The notes beneath the pieces were generated by a model that was given only the letters and a program-made list of their open reading frames with translations, did no database searches and had not been told where the DNA came from. 64,000 bases of DNA, from assembly GCA_964016885.1 (NCBI GenBank), contig OZ024743.1:18538001-18602000 (forward strand), written 5' to 3'. Below, in pieces: positions 24,842 to 38,943 of this stretch. A program made the translations under genes and the position numbers. This stretch comes from Eledone cirrhosa (taxonomy: Eukaryota). Numbering within the stretch: the first letter of the stretch is position 1; the number at the start of each line of letters is the position of its first letter.

Positions 24842-27800
24842 ATGGCCATATTAAGATTATGATGTTTAAATGTTCACGGCCTGCTCAACGATCTCAGGTC
24901 TCTGGAAATGGATGTGATTGCAGTCAGCGAGACCAGGATTTCCGACACGCGACACTAGCCCCCATTTTCGACGACTATCAGATCTTCGCATCTGTTAGCA
25001 GGACGGGAATGGGAGGTAGGGTGGGAGTGCTGGATCTTGAGGTAATATCGATCTTCAGGGACCCGGACGGTAAGTTGGTGGTCCTGGATGTGAACAGTAA
25101 CGAGGATAGTGCCTTTAGACTGCTGGGCGTCTACACCCTTACTGGGGCCGGACGACTGGACTTCTTTAGGCGCCTGGAAAACTTTCTGTGTACGTCTCGC
25201 TCTCTACTGTTAGCGGGGGACTGGAACGGTATCTTAGACGCACGCTGGGATTGTGTTGGAGTAGCTGATAGGAGCTGAGGGTGCAAAAGCCTCGAAAACC
25301 TAATAAGCAAGTTCTAACTGTATGACATTTATCGACTAGATTATCCCAATGCGCCAGTGTGGACGCGAACTAACCGCATAGGGTCATCCAGTTCGTATAT
25401 AGACAGGATTTTCATTAGGAAATTAGATAGAATAAGTGTAGACTGCCCAATTTTTAAAACGGTTGCCTATTCAGATGACAAAATTGTTATCTGTTTCGTC
25501 GACCTGGATAAAACGCTTATGTTGGGACCGGGTTACTGGAATCTGAACATGTCATTTCCGGCACGTAAGATTCACAGGGACCGAGTCAACAATTTAGTTA
25601 AGCAAAAGTTGACAGGGGCTCTCAATAGAGAGATTAGAGTAATTTCGATAGATTTCAGCAATGAAATAGCGTTAGAGAAAAATAGAAAGGAGGGGAGGTG
25701 GTTGATAAGTTAGACGAGGCTATTTGTAGTGGCATTGCAACGGACGTGCTAGCGGCGAGAATGACATTAAATAATTTCTTCAATGCGAAACGCGAAGGTT
25801 GCATTGTCAGAGCTAAGGCGCGTGCGCTGAAAAACGAGGGAACCAAAGCTGTTCGATGGGCCCGCGGTGGTTGAGCGGCAGCTTGGTAATAAAACCACAA
25901 TTCGGTCTTTGGCGGACTGAGACGGACACGAGATAAGCGATTCCAAGCGGATGTGTGAGGCCTTTCGCAAGCACTTTGCTCGGTTGTTCGGGGAGAGTGG
26001 CGAGTCAGAGAGAGTAGCGGATTTCACTCTCTACCTTGAGGGCTTGCCGCGCATCTCGGCGGTCGACGCTGAGCGTTGCGCAAGGCCGATTGCTTCAGCC
26101 GAAATTTAGGACGCTCCTGTCGGCTGCATGTGGCGCAAGTCACCCGGTTTGTATGGCCTGCTCTATAAGCTTTACGTAAATCTGCCAGACTTGTTCTCCG
26201 ATCTCCTCGAAGCACTCTACTGCAACTGGCAGCAAAATGGGAGTATTCCCAATTCTCTGAGCAGGAGAGTGGTGACGCTGATAAGGAAAGTCGAGAACAA
26301 GGGGGATACATTAGACAACTTCAGGCTCAACGCAGAGTTTAAGATTTTGTCCAAGGTGTTAGCAAAGAGATTGGCGCTTGTCGTCGAGGATTTGGTTGGA
26401 GAGGCGCAAACTTGTGCAATCCCAGCCAGGTACATACACGGCAATCACCACCTCATGCGATACACCATAGAGAGGGTCGGGTGTAAACCTGGCTTCGGTG
26501 GGACACTGACCAGTTTATATCAATCGAAAGCATTCGATAGAGTTATCATCGTTATCTGGAGTTTGTCCTCAAACCAGCTGGTTTCGGCCCTGTCTTCAGA
26601 AGCTGGATCACTGCAATGCACAGCGGCACACGCTCGGTAGTCAAGGTTAATGGCCACCTCTCGGAATCATTTCGGCGCTCCCGATGGGTCCGTCAATGGT
26701 GCCCTCTTTCTTCCCTTATGTACGTATTGACTCTCGAGCCTTTACTGCGGAAGCTGGAACTGTTCCAGGGCATCCCACTCGAACCGGGACGTGGAAAGGC
26801 GGTGTCGGCTTATGCTGACGATATCACCGTGATGATGTCGGTCACCTCAGAAATCGAGGTGGTCGGCAACTTATTGAAGGAATATGGAAGTTTGATAGGA
26901 GCAAAACTTAACACGGAAAAGTCGGTGGGCTTGCAGCTCGGAACCTGGAGAGGCAAGCCTAGGCCGTCCAACAGCGCCGTGGGGCGCTGGACGGACGGAT
27001 CAGTAAAGTTCCTCGGGGCTTGATTCGGACCGGACCGCCAGGTGGAAGATATTTGGGACGTGGTAACGAGCAGAGTAACCAGTCTCACCCAAAAATGGGC
27101 TGGGAGGAAGCTATCACTGAAAGGTCGCGCGGAGATGGCGAATGAGTACATCACGTCCGATATCTACTACTCCCTGACCGTTGTGCCTTGCCTCCGTCCA
27201 CGCCTCGTCAATTTGGAACGGCTCCTCTTCAAATTCTTGTGGAAAGGACAAGTTCTATTGGTGAGGCGGTCCATCTGCTGCCAGCACCCTCTACGCGGAG
27301 AGCTGGGCATGCCGTGGCTAATGATGCCCAGACATGCTCTGAGGCTGCGACATCACAAGATATTCTGCCTAAATGGTGAACAGGTGTGTCGCCGTTTATC
27401 AGACGGGCCTTTCCGCAGCTCGTTTCTTTAACTGAGCTGCAGTGCTGGGTCAAGAAGAGACCGAGACTGGCTAACTGGCACCTGGAATGTTGCCAGGCAC
27501 TCACTGCCGTCTACCAAGCAGGCAATGCGTCAGTGGAACTTCCTTTCTCGAGTTCTATAGAGGATTAATGGTGGGAAGTGCGATGACGCACTGGGCCTCG
27601 ACGAAGTCGAACTGACCAGTCTGTACCGGAGGACTTTCGTGCCGGCGACGATGGACAATTTCCAGAAATCCCTCGCTTGGCAGTGATACCGGGGGGCACT
27701 GCCGGTTCGGGACAAACTCTACAGGCACGGAAGTGCTGTCAGACGGACCTGCCCAAGATGCGGACAGAGCGACGAAACCGTTCTGCACGCACTTGTCCAA

Positions 27801-28166
27801 TGTCCGTGCATTACTGACTTGTGGAGTTATGTCGAACAGCTACTGTCGCGTGTTGAACGGATCCGGTTATCGACCGAGTCCATAGTGATGATCGACCCGG
27901 CGCCTTCCTTAGGTCAGGAAGAGCAGGCAATTTTCCTCTGAGCAGTGGCCGTTACGAAAGAGGTTATATGGTGGACCAGATTAAAAGAACTGAAGACAGA
28001 CACTATTCTCTTCGGCCAATCTCTCATCAACTTCTTCAAGTTTCACCGGGAATGGAAGGTGAGGGTGGAGAGAGAATTGCTGCCTCCCAGTACAGTTGAT
28101 AAAAGGTGGATGAATGTGGCGAGAATGGCCCGTGTGAATGGGCCTACTCTGACCATGCGCCTATAG
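24842..28166 (+). pseudogene. Tx1 ORF2 (APE endonuclease plus reverse transcriptase), frameshifted
   Basis: LLAGDWN, SYIDRIF, KSPG, KAFDRV, QWCPLS, AYADD, CPRC...ETVLHALVQC across several frames with stops. Confidence 0.9.
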
Positions 28167-28750
28167 TCTAGCTAACTTGAGGAGAGGGGTACTCTTCCTG
28201 GGTGCTCAAGAAGCGCAGTATAGTTCAGGATTGGTAGTGTACCTAAGTCACCCCTGGGTCGTCCACCCCCTATAGGGGAATTTATTTTGTTATATTTATG
28301 CATAGTTTATTTTATATTTTTATATCTTTATTGTTAAATTAGTCTTGCCATTGTGCACTTTTACTCGACCTTATTGTAAACCCCACTGTCTCTGTCTTTG
28401 TCTTGTCCCTTACATGTCGGCACTAGTCGCTAATAAATGAAATCATCATTATTATTGTTGTCTGCCTAATAAATGAAATCATCACTATTATTGTTGTCTG
28501 CCTTGTTAAGTTGTGAAATGTTTGTTATTTCAAGTTGTTTCTGGTGAAATTTGTTGAAATATGTTTATTAAATCTGTTAATACGGCATCATACAATGTCC
28601 ACAGAAAAGGCGACTTGATATTGTTTGAAATTTTGCAATGAATGAAATTTATTTTATTTATATATATATAATGAAAGTATCATGTCAAAAGTAAAAGAAG
28701 TCGAATCGCTGAAATCTGCTAATGCAGTAAAACCTAATGAATGCAAGAAT

Positions 28751-28781
<31 letters not shown>

Positions 28782-28787
<6 letters not shown>

Positions 28788-29900
28788 ATAATAATAAATT
28801 TGAAGACTAAATTCCAAAGAGGGCTCGATAAAGATAAATATATATCAAATATATAAGAACCGTAGAGCAAATATTTATTAAAATAACAGATTAAAGTTTA
28901 AGCAAAGAATCGCTGCTTTCACCCTTAACGGGATCTTCTGAAACTAACAAAGTCAATCTGTAAACGCAGAAGTGGATATTTCAAAAAACGTTGCAACCGG
29001 AGGAAGACAGGAAGACGATACTTTGGTTCGTGGAAAGGTTCGCTATGCAAATAAGTAATGGTATAAACAAAACATAAACTTAGCTCCCACATCAAGACGT
29101 AAATATCCACGTATAGATCGTACTATCCGTTAGGGTATAACGTGGAGCTGTAATACAGGAAAGTTTTGTGCAATTTATGTTTACAAGCCGAAATTGCTTC
29201 AGATTTTTTGTTTAAGATGTGGTCTGTGGCGTAGAGTATTTCCAGGGCCTCAGCGGCGCAGATGTCACACGGTCTTTTATTTCCGTTATACGATCTAGCC
29301 CTAGCTAGGATCTCCCAGTGTAACTTATATTGGGTATGGTTGTCTTTTAGACTCCAGATATAAGCTGAAAATGAAGTCATATTCCTTCTTAGTGGGTAAC
29401 GAAAAGAATGGGTATGCATGTAAAGACGCTGCTTGAATCTATTGGCGGTTAACCCTATATAAGCCCTACGGGACGTGGGTGTTACAACCTTACATTTGTA
29501 GACAATGTTACTAGAGAGGCATTTCCCGGATAGGGGCAATCAACCCGATTCCGACAATTAGAGTTAGATCTAACTACAGTGTTGCACATGTCCCTACGGC
29601 TAGGTAGTTTAGCTAAATTTGAAGCTGTGATGTTATGTGCAAGGTTAGGAGTCGAAGAGTAAGAAATTTTAATAGTATTTCTATTAAAAATTTTACTATA
29701 TTTATGTGTAGGGGGAAAATGCTTTGTAATAAGGGAAAGAAAGATCTTAGCTAATGGTGTGGCCACCTCCATATTATATGGTGGGTTATACCAACAAATG
29801 CGACGGGATCTATTTCTTCTAGGTCTATTTTCGTACTCTGTATATGCTACCTTATCGACAAATCCACTTCGAGCAAGAGCTTCATTGTAATATGTGGAAT
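28782..29900 (-). mobile_element. 5'-truncated PLE (same family as 12490-14922) with GIY-YIG ORF fragment
   Basis: ORFs 29482-29922 (WYNPPY, NCR) and 29123-29539 (NIVYKC...AYIGLT..RFKQR..H, LNKKSE) joined by a frameshift; 3' end in (TA)n. Confidence 0.9.
28895..28945 (-). ncRNA. Hammerhead-like motif with CAGAAGA core, family H (best-paired copy)
   Basis: AGTTT-CAGAAGA-T-CCC-GTTAA-GGG-T-GAA-AGCAG-CGATTCT-TTGCT-T-AAACT; all three stems pair; sense strand of the PLE 3' UTR. Confidence 0.65.
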
Positions 29901-31439
29901 TTATATGTATATATACATACATTTCGTATACGCATCAGTTCGAATCTCCGTATTTTTTTTCTGAATATTTGAAGATAATATTTCCGCATATATCATCATA
30001 ATCCATGGTTTCTTTTTCTTTATTTTGAATATTTTAAGTTTTCCGAAATTTTCCGGAGAATCTTGTTTTGGCTGTGAAATTAAATTACAGCTTGCCTTTG
30101 TAGCGCATGGTCTTCCTACGTTTTATTTTTTCAGCTAACATGACGGCTGGCTGAAACAGGAGGGATATATTGTTTACGTTTCTAGACGCTTTTAAGTGTG
30201 AAAAATAAAATAAATTTCATTCCTTGCCAAATTTCAAACAATATCAAGTCGTCTTTTCTGTGGACAATGTATGACGCCATATTAACAGATGTAATAAACA
30301 TATTTCAACAAATTTCACCAGAAGCAACTTAAAATAACAAACATTTCCCAGCTTGACAAGGCAGACGCCAATAATAGTAATAATGCTAACAATGAAAATA
30401 TCATGTCAAAAGTAAAGTAACGCGACTCACTGAAATCTGCTAATGCAGTAAAACCTAATGAATGCAAGAATAGGACAAAGCAATTTTGAAAAAGAAATGG
30501 CAGGATAAACGTCTACAGGGAGAGTACACTATATGTAAAGTAGGCATTGATTGGGATATTTGTTAGTCGTTGTTTACAAATGGCGATCTAAAAAAATGGA
30601 TTCACTGAAGCACTGGCGTGCAGCACTCAGAGGCCTGCTTTTCGAACTAAATACATTAACTATCTTGTAGGCAAAACGAAAAACCATTATTATGTAAAAT
30701 GGTTAGATCAAAAGGAGAAATGGTCAGCCTTATTTTAAGCGAATGTATTAATTCGGCATAACGTGAATACAAACGACATTTTAATTTCCTCTTGCCGGTA
30801 TTCAGTGGATGATATCTGAGAAATGTCGAGTCGGCAGAAGAACTACATATTATGAACAGCGACCAGATGTTTTAGTGAATTACGTTGTTAAGTTTTTAAG
30901 GTACTTCAACATTCAATGAAACTGAGCGATTGACGCACGGCGGCCAAACAATTTAGTTGTGAACAGGAAGAAAAAATGAGTCCAAATTTATCGATTTCAC
31001 CATCGCAAGAGATATCAATAGGAATAATTAGCATGAATATATGAAGAATTATGAATCACTAAAGAAGACATTTGGAGATTCATGGGGCATGAATAAGGTA
31101 ATATTGAAGCCATTGTTGATTAAAACACTCATGTCTAAGAGCATGTCAACCCATTCTACCCATTCTAGTATGGAAAGCAAATATAAAAATAAAGATGATG
31201 ATAATTTTGACACTAATTTCATTTGCGAATGTCGTTAGGTGTATTGTCTTGGATATGTATATAATTCCTGTCAGAACTTGAAACAACATTACCTTGCCAT
31301 TTAACAAAATATAAAAATATTGAAAACTTTTGCTATTTTTTACAGTGAAGTGTCCAGTATTAAAGATACAATAAATGTTGAATTAACAAATTTGGTTTTA
31401 GATATGTTCTGCTAAATCATTGTAAAATGTTAAGAATTA

Positions 31440-32110
31440 AGTAGAGAAATGTTATTGTCCATTAGGCCAGTGATGTATATATATGTCTTCACTAACGTCA
31501 CTGACACAAGGTCACTGACTGAGCATGGTGTTGCTCTCTGAAACACAAGCTTGAGGAAAACCAAGAGGTGTCCATACCTCCAAGGAAGAGAAAAAAAGCA
31601 AACAGAGCATGGCACTAGAGTTGTCACTACACATTTTTCCAGCTGAATAGACTGGAGCAACAGGAAATAAGTTTCTTGCTCACTAATACAATTTATTACT
31701 CAATCCTGGAATTGAACACATGACAATATGTGTGTGGGCCAAGCAACAGGGCCATATTATTCCCAAGGCTGACTAGGCAAAAGCCTAGGGGCACACAGGA
31801 AATAGAGACTTACCAAGCTTAACACTTTCATGACCATATTTCTAATGAAATATATTTTATTTTAATTAGTTGATGAAGGATTTTGAGAGATTTTCTTAAA
31901 TTATTAATTATTTCATTAGTTAGATAGTAACTTAATGTAAGGTTCTTATATAAAATTATGTTGATTTTAATTTAAATTGGAAAACTTTAAAATGAGTGGT
32001 TTTATTTCATAGAACCAGAGCTGGTTTTGGTTGGGTTGGTAACTGAAAGGTTAAGGATGAAGCCAAGGGTTAATAGCCAGTTTAGCAGCTTAACCACTAA
32101 GCTATGCACC
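31440..32110 (-). mobile_element. Degenerate tRNA-derived SINE split by an AT-rich insertion (~31745-32078)
   Basis: A-box-like TAGCTTAGTGG at ~32105; B-box-like GTTCAATTCC at ~31715; body GAGCAAG..ACTTATTTCC.GTTGCTCCAGTC..TCAGCTGG. Confidence 0.5.
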
Positions 32111-32329
32111 TTCACAGAAGATATGAAACAAAGATTAAACAAGTCAGTACTGTGTAAACCGAATCAGAATTAATGCAATTGTACAGGTTATGCAGAAGAC
32201 AACATTTCTCAGTACAGAAAGGATTGTATGCAAGTTTATTTTTATATAAGGCACAGGCGAATATGCAATGAGGGAGTTTTGTCAACTTGCTGTTGGCTGC
32301 TGCCTAATTGAAAATCCAAATCCTATAAC

Positions 32330-32890
32330 ATCTAAATATCTGAGATATACAAAAGTGTACAAAAAAAACAAAAAAAAACAACTAATAGTAATACCTGGTT
32401 TCAGGCTGCAAATAATTAGCTCCCCAGGAATATGAAATGAGGCATGATATAGCGGGACAATACTTACACTGTGTGATGTACTGCTTCCATGGTCTGAAAC
32501 TGGAAGGAGCATGGTACAACTGTCATCCAGATGCAGAAGTAGGAGGCGAGAACGTGACAATTTAATGAGATGTTCTTTGAACACTGACAGAAAGATAAAG
32601 GCCACCATAGGTGAAATAATTGTGAAGGAAAAAAAGAGAAAATATGTTTCATAATTGACATAGCCATTTCACCCGATCGTAATATCTCTTCGAAAGAGTT
32701 TGCAAAGCACAATAAGTATGAAATTGAAATTGACAAAATGTAGCATCGGAAGTCATGTACATTCCCAGTGATAGTTGGCGCACTCAGAATGGAAAAAAGT
32801 GGAACTGAAAACAATTTGGACCAGATACCTGGAAAACCATCTCTACAATAGATACTGAAGTTAGTAATGGCTGGCACGCTCCATGTGCAG
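32330..32890 (+). pseudogene. Old R4/Dong-clade RLE-domain relic
   Basis: RHD..GQYLH, CFIIDIAI..D.N, K..KY, PVIVGAL, QIPGKP; similar to 59617-60231. Confidence 0.7.
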
Positions 32891-33089
32891 TTCAACTACA
32901 ATTTAAAAACCTTGCAAAGACATTTACTGCTGTTAGAGTCCTTGTATCATCATTTGAAGGACAATTGGTTTTAAAATGTGTGTATTATCAAATGTTACCA
33001 CCCGTGTCATTTTGCAATTGGAAAAGAAGCAGAATTCAAAGGAAGTTTCAACTAATAATATTAATATTAATAATAATGACAGTAATAGT

Positions 33090-33680
33090 GTGGTTAAAGC
33101 TGGAAACACAAGAAATTTATGAGATTGTATGTGAGAAGAAGAAACTTGCGGTGGGTTATGATTGGGGTTGACAAATGCTTGTCAGGTGGATTAATAGGTG
33201 TGCACTTTGCTTTGCAAACAGTGAGAAACTATTTTGGATGATGTATCCTAATATGATAGATTATACTGGGAAAATGTTGAGGGAAAGGAAGCTTATAGAG
33301 TAAGACTAGAATAAGGAAAGATCAATGAAATGTGATAATTTGAGCAGAACCCGGAAGTTGCAACAACAAATGAATATCAGAATTACATGAGTAAGGGGGA
33401 CAAGTAACGAGAGACCCCAAAACCAATTATGATTGCTCAAGTGCAAGGCTTGAAATCGAATTAGATCAAAAGCGACATTTGTGGAATAGAAGCATTTAAG
33501 ACGTGCAGATTTTGTTGAATGCCTGTTGCAAATGGCTTAAATATAATAAGAGCATGAAGTATGTTGGTCTAGAAAGAGTATAATAGAATCATACCTTAAC
33601 CTACACTGGATATTATGCATGAAATATGGCATAGAAACTACTGACAAATGATATCATCCGACACAAAACACTTCTTGAAA
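33090..33680 (+). pseudogene. Old R4/Dong-clade relic (zinc-finger region)
   Basis: IMIAQVQGLK, TCRFC, LHWILC..YG align by eye to LMAAQEQALK, LCRIC, IHWHLC of the 61655 ORF. Confidence 0.5.
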
Positions 33681-34293
33681 ATAAGCATTTCCACCCAAAG
33701 TCGTAATTTTGCTATATGAAAAATCTATGTAAACTCCAGTCTATATTCATCTCATGGGCATTTGTGTAATTGTCATAGATAAGAGATTAATGAATATTGA
33801 AACGGCGCTGTCTGGCATTCTCGAATGCCACTAAAATATTTATGGCGTACACATATTGCAAATGAGAGAAGAAATAACTTTCATAACAAAAACATAGTGT
33901 TTTATTTGATAGTAAAGCTCTGATATATTTATTATCAAGAAGCGTATAGTGTAAGCTATCATAACAATTGTATTCTGCTTAGCACGGTCTTAGTGCTACT
34001 GCCAATCAATATATATATATATTATATTAATAAAAACTTTCTTAAAAATTCTCCTTAACATGTTTCAAATAAATATTTTCTTTAAAATGTTATCAAAATA
34101 TTTTCGGGAAAATTTCAACGAAATGTTTTCTACATTTAAAAAAAAAAATGTTGCTCAAATATGTACTCAAAGTTTATTAAACATACTTCGACAGAGGTTT
34201 ATAAATATTTCAACGAATATCCTTTCATTATTATTATCAATATTCATTTAAAAGTGTTTCTTTTAAAAAGTTAATTCTAATCTTCTTTCACTC

Positions 34294-34453
<160 letters not shown>

Positions 34454-34582
34454 TATATATTATATAATATATATATATATATATATATACATGACTATAT
34501 ATACGTGACTATCTCCCCCTCCGCCTTTTGGGGTTCTTTCTCACGTCATGTAGACGCGTTCTTGAAGCTAGTAAACGAGGTA

Positions 34583-34672
34583 TCCTCTTGATAAGTCGGC
34601 AGACCTCGCAAAAACTCTATATCTTTATGATGTATTGTTTTTGTTTATGCCACGAAACTACGTAGTCGAGGA
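34583..34672 (+). ncRNA. Type I hammerhead ribozyme, U3-A8 variant, family J
   Basis: TCCTC-TTGATAA-GT(C)GGCA...TGCCAC-GAAA-CTACGTAG-TC-GAGGA; perfect stem I, palindromic stem III, GUC triplet. Confidence 0.85.
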
Positions 34673-35219
34673 ATCTAGGAGCAGTTTAGGTATGATACAT
34701 TTTATTACTAATTATATCTAAATGTTTCTTCTCTCTTCATAATGTATTTTTAGCTCTGATACTGGTTCAGTCTAATTCAACTGGATTGGTCTGTCCCAGT
34801 CATTCATAGAGCAACATCGGTAAGGTTGGCACCATTAACTCACGGTTGGATATGGATGCATTCATGTATATGTGTGTGTCCGCATGTATCTGTGTGTTTC
34901 CAAATATATTGTTCATAACTCCCTCTGGTCGAGTAATCTTTGAAGTGTGGTGACTGCTGGAAAGCTGCCATTACTCATACTTCTCACCTCCTTCACCACC
35001 TCTTCTACGGCTTCGATATAAATTTCAACGCAATGTTTTCTACATTTAAAAAAAAAAATGTTGCTAAAATATGTCCTCAAAGTTTATTAAACATACTTCG
35101 ACAGAGGTTTTAAATATTTCAACGAATATCCTTTCATTATTATTATCAATATTCATTTACAAGTGTTTCTTTTAAAAAGTTAATTCTAATCTTCTTTCAC
35201 TCTTTTCTAATATATATAT

Positions 35220-35338
<119 letters not shown>

Positions 35339-35349
35339 TAGATATATAT

Positions 35350-35389
<40 letters not shown>

Positions 35390-35478
35390 CTATATATACG
35401 TGACTATCTCCCCCTCCGCCTTTTGGGATTCTTTCTCACGTCATGTAGACGCGTTCTTGAAGCTAGTAAAACGAGGTA

Positions 35479-35568
35479 TCATCTTGATAAGTCGGCATAC
35501 CTCGCAAAAAATATATATCTTTATGATGTATTGTTCTTGTTTATGCCACGAAACTACGTAGTCGAGGA
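35479..35568 (+). ncRNA. Type I hammerhead ribozyme, U3-A8 variant, family J
   Basis: Same motif with one stem I mismatch. Confidence 0.78.
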
Positions 35569-36072
35569 ATCTAGGAGCAGTTTAGGTATGATACATTTTA
35601 TTACTAATTATATCTAAATGTTTCTTCTCTCTTCATAATGTATTTTTAGCTCTGATACAGGTTCAGTCTAATTCAACCGGATTGGTCTGTCCCAGTCATT
35701 CATAGAGCAACATCGGTAAGGTTGGCACCATTAACTCATGGTTGGATGTGGATGCATTCATGTATATGTGTGTGTCCGCATGTATCTGTGTGTTTCCAAA
35801 TATATTGTTCATAACTCCCTCTGGTCGAGTAATCTTTGAAGTGTGGTGACTGCTGGAAAGCTGCCATTACTCATACTTCTCGTCCCCTTCACCACCTCTT
35901 CTACGGCTTCGATATAAATACCCCCTCCGCCTCCGTGGTATTTTTTTGGGGGGTTATAAGAGGCTCAGCTCTGTTTCTCGACCGTTATATCACGTGACTA
36001 TCTCCCCCTCCGCCTTTTGGGATTCTTTCTCACGTCATGTAGACGCGTTCTTGAAGCTAGTAAAACGAGGTA

Positions 36073-36162
36073 TCCTCTTGATAAGTCGGCAGACCTCGCA
36101 AAAACTATATATCTTTATGATGTATTGTTTTTGTTTATGCCACGAAACTACGTAGTCGAGGA
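36073..36162 (+). ncRNA. Type I hammerhead ribozyme, U3-A8 variant, family J
   Basis: Same motif, 594 bp after the previous copy. Confidence 0.85.
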
Positions 36163-36264
36163 ATCTAGGAGCAGTTTAGGTATGATACATTTTATTACTA
36201 ATTATATCTAAATGTTTCTTCTCTCTTCATAATGTATATATATATATATATAGATAGATATATA

Positions 36265-36335
<71 letters not shown>

Positions 36336-38900
36336 TATACATACATACATACATACATACATACATACATACATACATACATACATACATGCATACATAC
36401 ATATACATGTATATAGATTCTCAGGAAAATGGTATTTTTGGTGTTCTAACAGCTTCCATACGCCCAGTTCTACCATTTTCCTGAGAACCCGTTACACTCG
36501 CGTTTCAAAACTCTACTTTCGAGTTAAATTTGTCTATATATATACATTGAACTGAACGTTTGGAACATTTAGGGAAGATAAGCAAATTAAGACATTTAGA
36601 GAAAATAATTTACCCTATATCAAAGTAACACGAAACAATAATATATGCTTTACTATGCACTAGCCTCTTGATCGGTGAGCTCGTTAGCGAACACAGATAA
36701 ATGTTATACATACGCCATACCCATCTTTTTTAAGTGAATATCTTATTTGGTATATCGAGAAATAACACAACTAGCATCGTTTAAATTGCTTTGTTATTAA
36801 ATGGAGAATTTCCGGGATGATCTGAGACAAAGCTATAACAGAAATGCCAAGTTTGACCAGAAATTGAACGTAAGCATGTTTATGTATGTTTTCATTAAAT
36901 AAAAATTATTGAACACTGCCCAACGTATAATGCTTTTATGTCACTTGTCGTTATTTCATTAAACATACTGAGTTATTTGGCCCTGCATTCATACGTTTTA
37001 ATGTATAAATAAATTCTATTTGTCGTTAAATCCCGTCTTTATTAGACATAAGGTAGCTATAGGCTTTGATTGTGAAGGTAATTTTCCTTTTACGTCATTT
37101 TCAAAGGAGATATATTTTGCTTTATATTTTTTGGATCATTTTCAAAATATTGCATTACCGCTAATTCCATTAAAAGTTCGTTTAAATAAAAATCAATTTC
37201 CTTACCGATAACGTTGAATATATATGGATATCATATTCCTCATATAATATTCTTTGGAAATTGTATAATCATTTAGCTTCAGTTTGACAAATATACACAT
37301 TTTAATGTTGCGTTACGTTAGATCCAGCATACAGTGTCAAAATATAAATATTAACGATACAATTGTTTGCTATGAAAAAAATTCTACGCCGTGTTAATTT
37401 CAATTCACTGAAACACTCAAACTGGCGATCAATTTTGAAAACATCACGGTAATGTAATAAAAAACATAGGACGGAACTGGTTCATTAAATTACATTAGCG
37501 ATATTTATTTTAGTTTTTCTTTTGTTTTCTTTTTCGTTGTTTTGGCTTCGAGTTCAACATTCATACCGTTCTTAATGAACACATTCTAATAAGGAAACAA
37601 ATGGTAGTCATCGATTTTCCTGTAATTACATTCCTGTGAATGTTTGAACTATTGTCATTGAAAGTGGCTTCTACGCGAATGTTTTTATGACGTCTCTAGA
37701 CTTAATTTACCTGATTGCGATCAACCAATTCTGCTGCATTCAATGCTGAACAGCAGAAGAGTCACCACTATGCCTATATCATAAGGCTAGTATGAATATT
37801 AATAGAAAGTTCTGTATTAAACTACACTTATATTTGGAAAGCAATAATTCATTATTTGTTTACAAATATGGCAAGTTTAAAGCACTGTATCGCTTTTCGT
37901 TAACAACTAAATCTATTATATATTGACAAATATGTGGGATTTCCATATATTAAAATTCGTATTTCTTGTGCAAAATATACATGATGTTGATTCATAATTA
38001 AAAAATGATATTGCAATATTTTCATTGTTATTTTCAAAAACATTATTGCATTAATTCAGGACAAACTAAATATGTTTAATCATATCCTTATTACAAGATT
38101 TGCTAACTGAAGGAATTAATAAAAATCAATTTATCAGAGCAAATGAAAATTTGACTGAATTTAACTACGTTTTCTAGCAGGCTCGTTACATGCCATTCTC
38201 CACCCAGCTTTGCCCTTCTGTTGACCGTTAATCACGTGATAATTCTTCCATTCGAAACTATAGCTAGTAGCGGATGAGTTGAAACAAATGAAACTTCTGA
38301 TGAACTGAAACTTCTGACTGTGCTTAAAACTTGTGATTATTCAGCGAAGCTGCAGCTGGAATATCAAAGTAAATAGATCCAATTATTTGTTATCTTGTTT
38401 ACTTTTCCCAGATATAATTTTCTTATGCTCTGATAAATTGATATTTATCAATTCCTTCATTGAGCAAGTTTGGTATTGTTTGGACACCCTCATAAGTATG
38501 TCTCATTTGTTTAATTAGTTTTTGTTTGTGTGTCTGTATGTCTTAATTTTCTCCTTAATTATTTCTTGTTATATATACAGACACACCCAGATAGATCAAA
38601 CAACGGACTAGTGACTGAGGGGATCACAATATGTGTGACGAAAGCTATTTGACAATATGTAAACAACCATCCGGTTATCGAACCAACCAACCGGATATTT
38701 ATATTAAATGAAAGTGAAAACCGAGGCGTGCGTGTCTTTTTATTGGCAGCATGACCTTCCCAAAGTATAACAATATCTGTTCCAACACACGTTTTCAGAT
38801 ACAAAATATTGCAAAACAAAATATTATACGAGGTATATATATATATATATATATATGCATAAGGTAAGTATATACGTTCAACAATCTGGCAGGAAGGTAT

Positions 38901-38943
38901 ACGTTGCTGACGATAGCTAACAAGCTTGAAACTAGTACAGCGT
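38901..38943 (+). ncRNA. Type I hammerhead ribozyme, family K
   Basis: ACGTTG-CTGACGA-T-AGCT-AACA-AGCT-T-GAAA-CTAG-TA-CAGCGT; palindromic stem III ACTAGT, GUA triplet. Confidence 0.88.

Larger units (their letters stand above)
23072..28440 (+). mobile_element. Near full-length degenerate Tx1/L1-clade LINE (copy A)
   Basis: ORF1 remnant with zinc knuckle, ORF2 with APE, RT and C-terminal Cys/His motif, 3' UTR, AATAAA at 28432. Confidence 0.9.

Noticed and set aside
38611-38653. HHR-like CTGAGGG...TCACA/TGTGA...GAAG
   Set aside because: Too many core and stem mismatches to support
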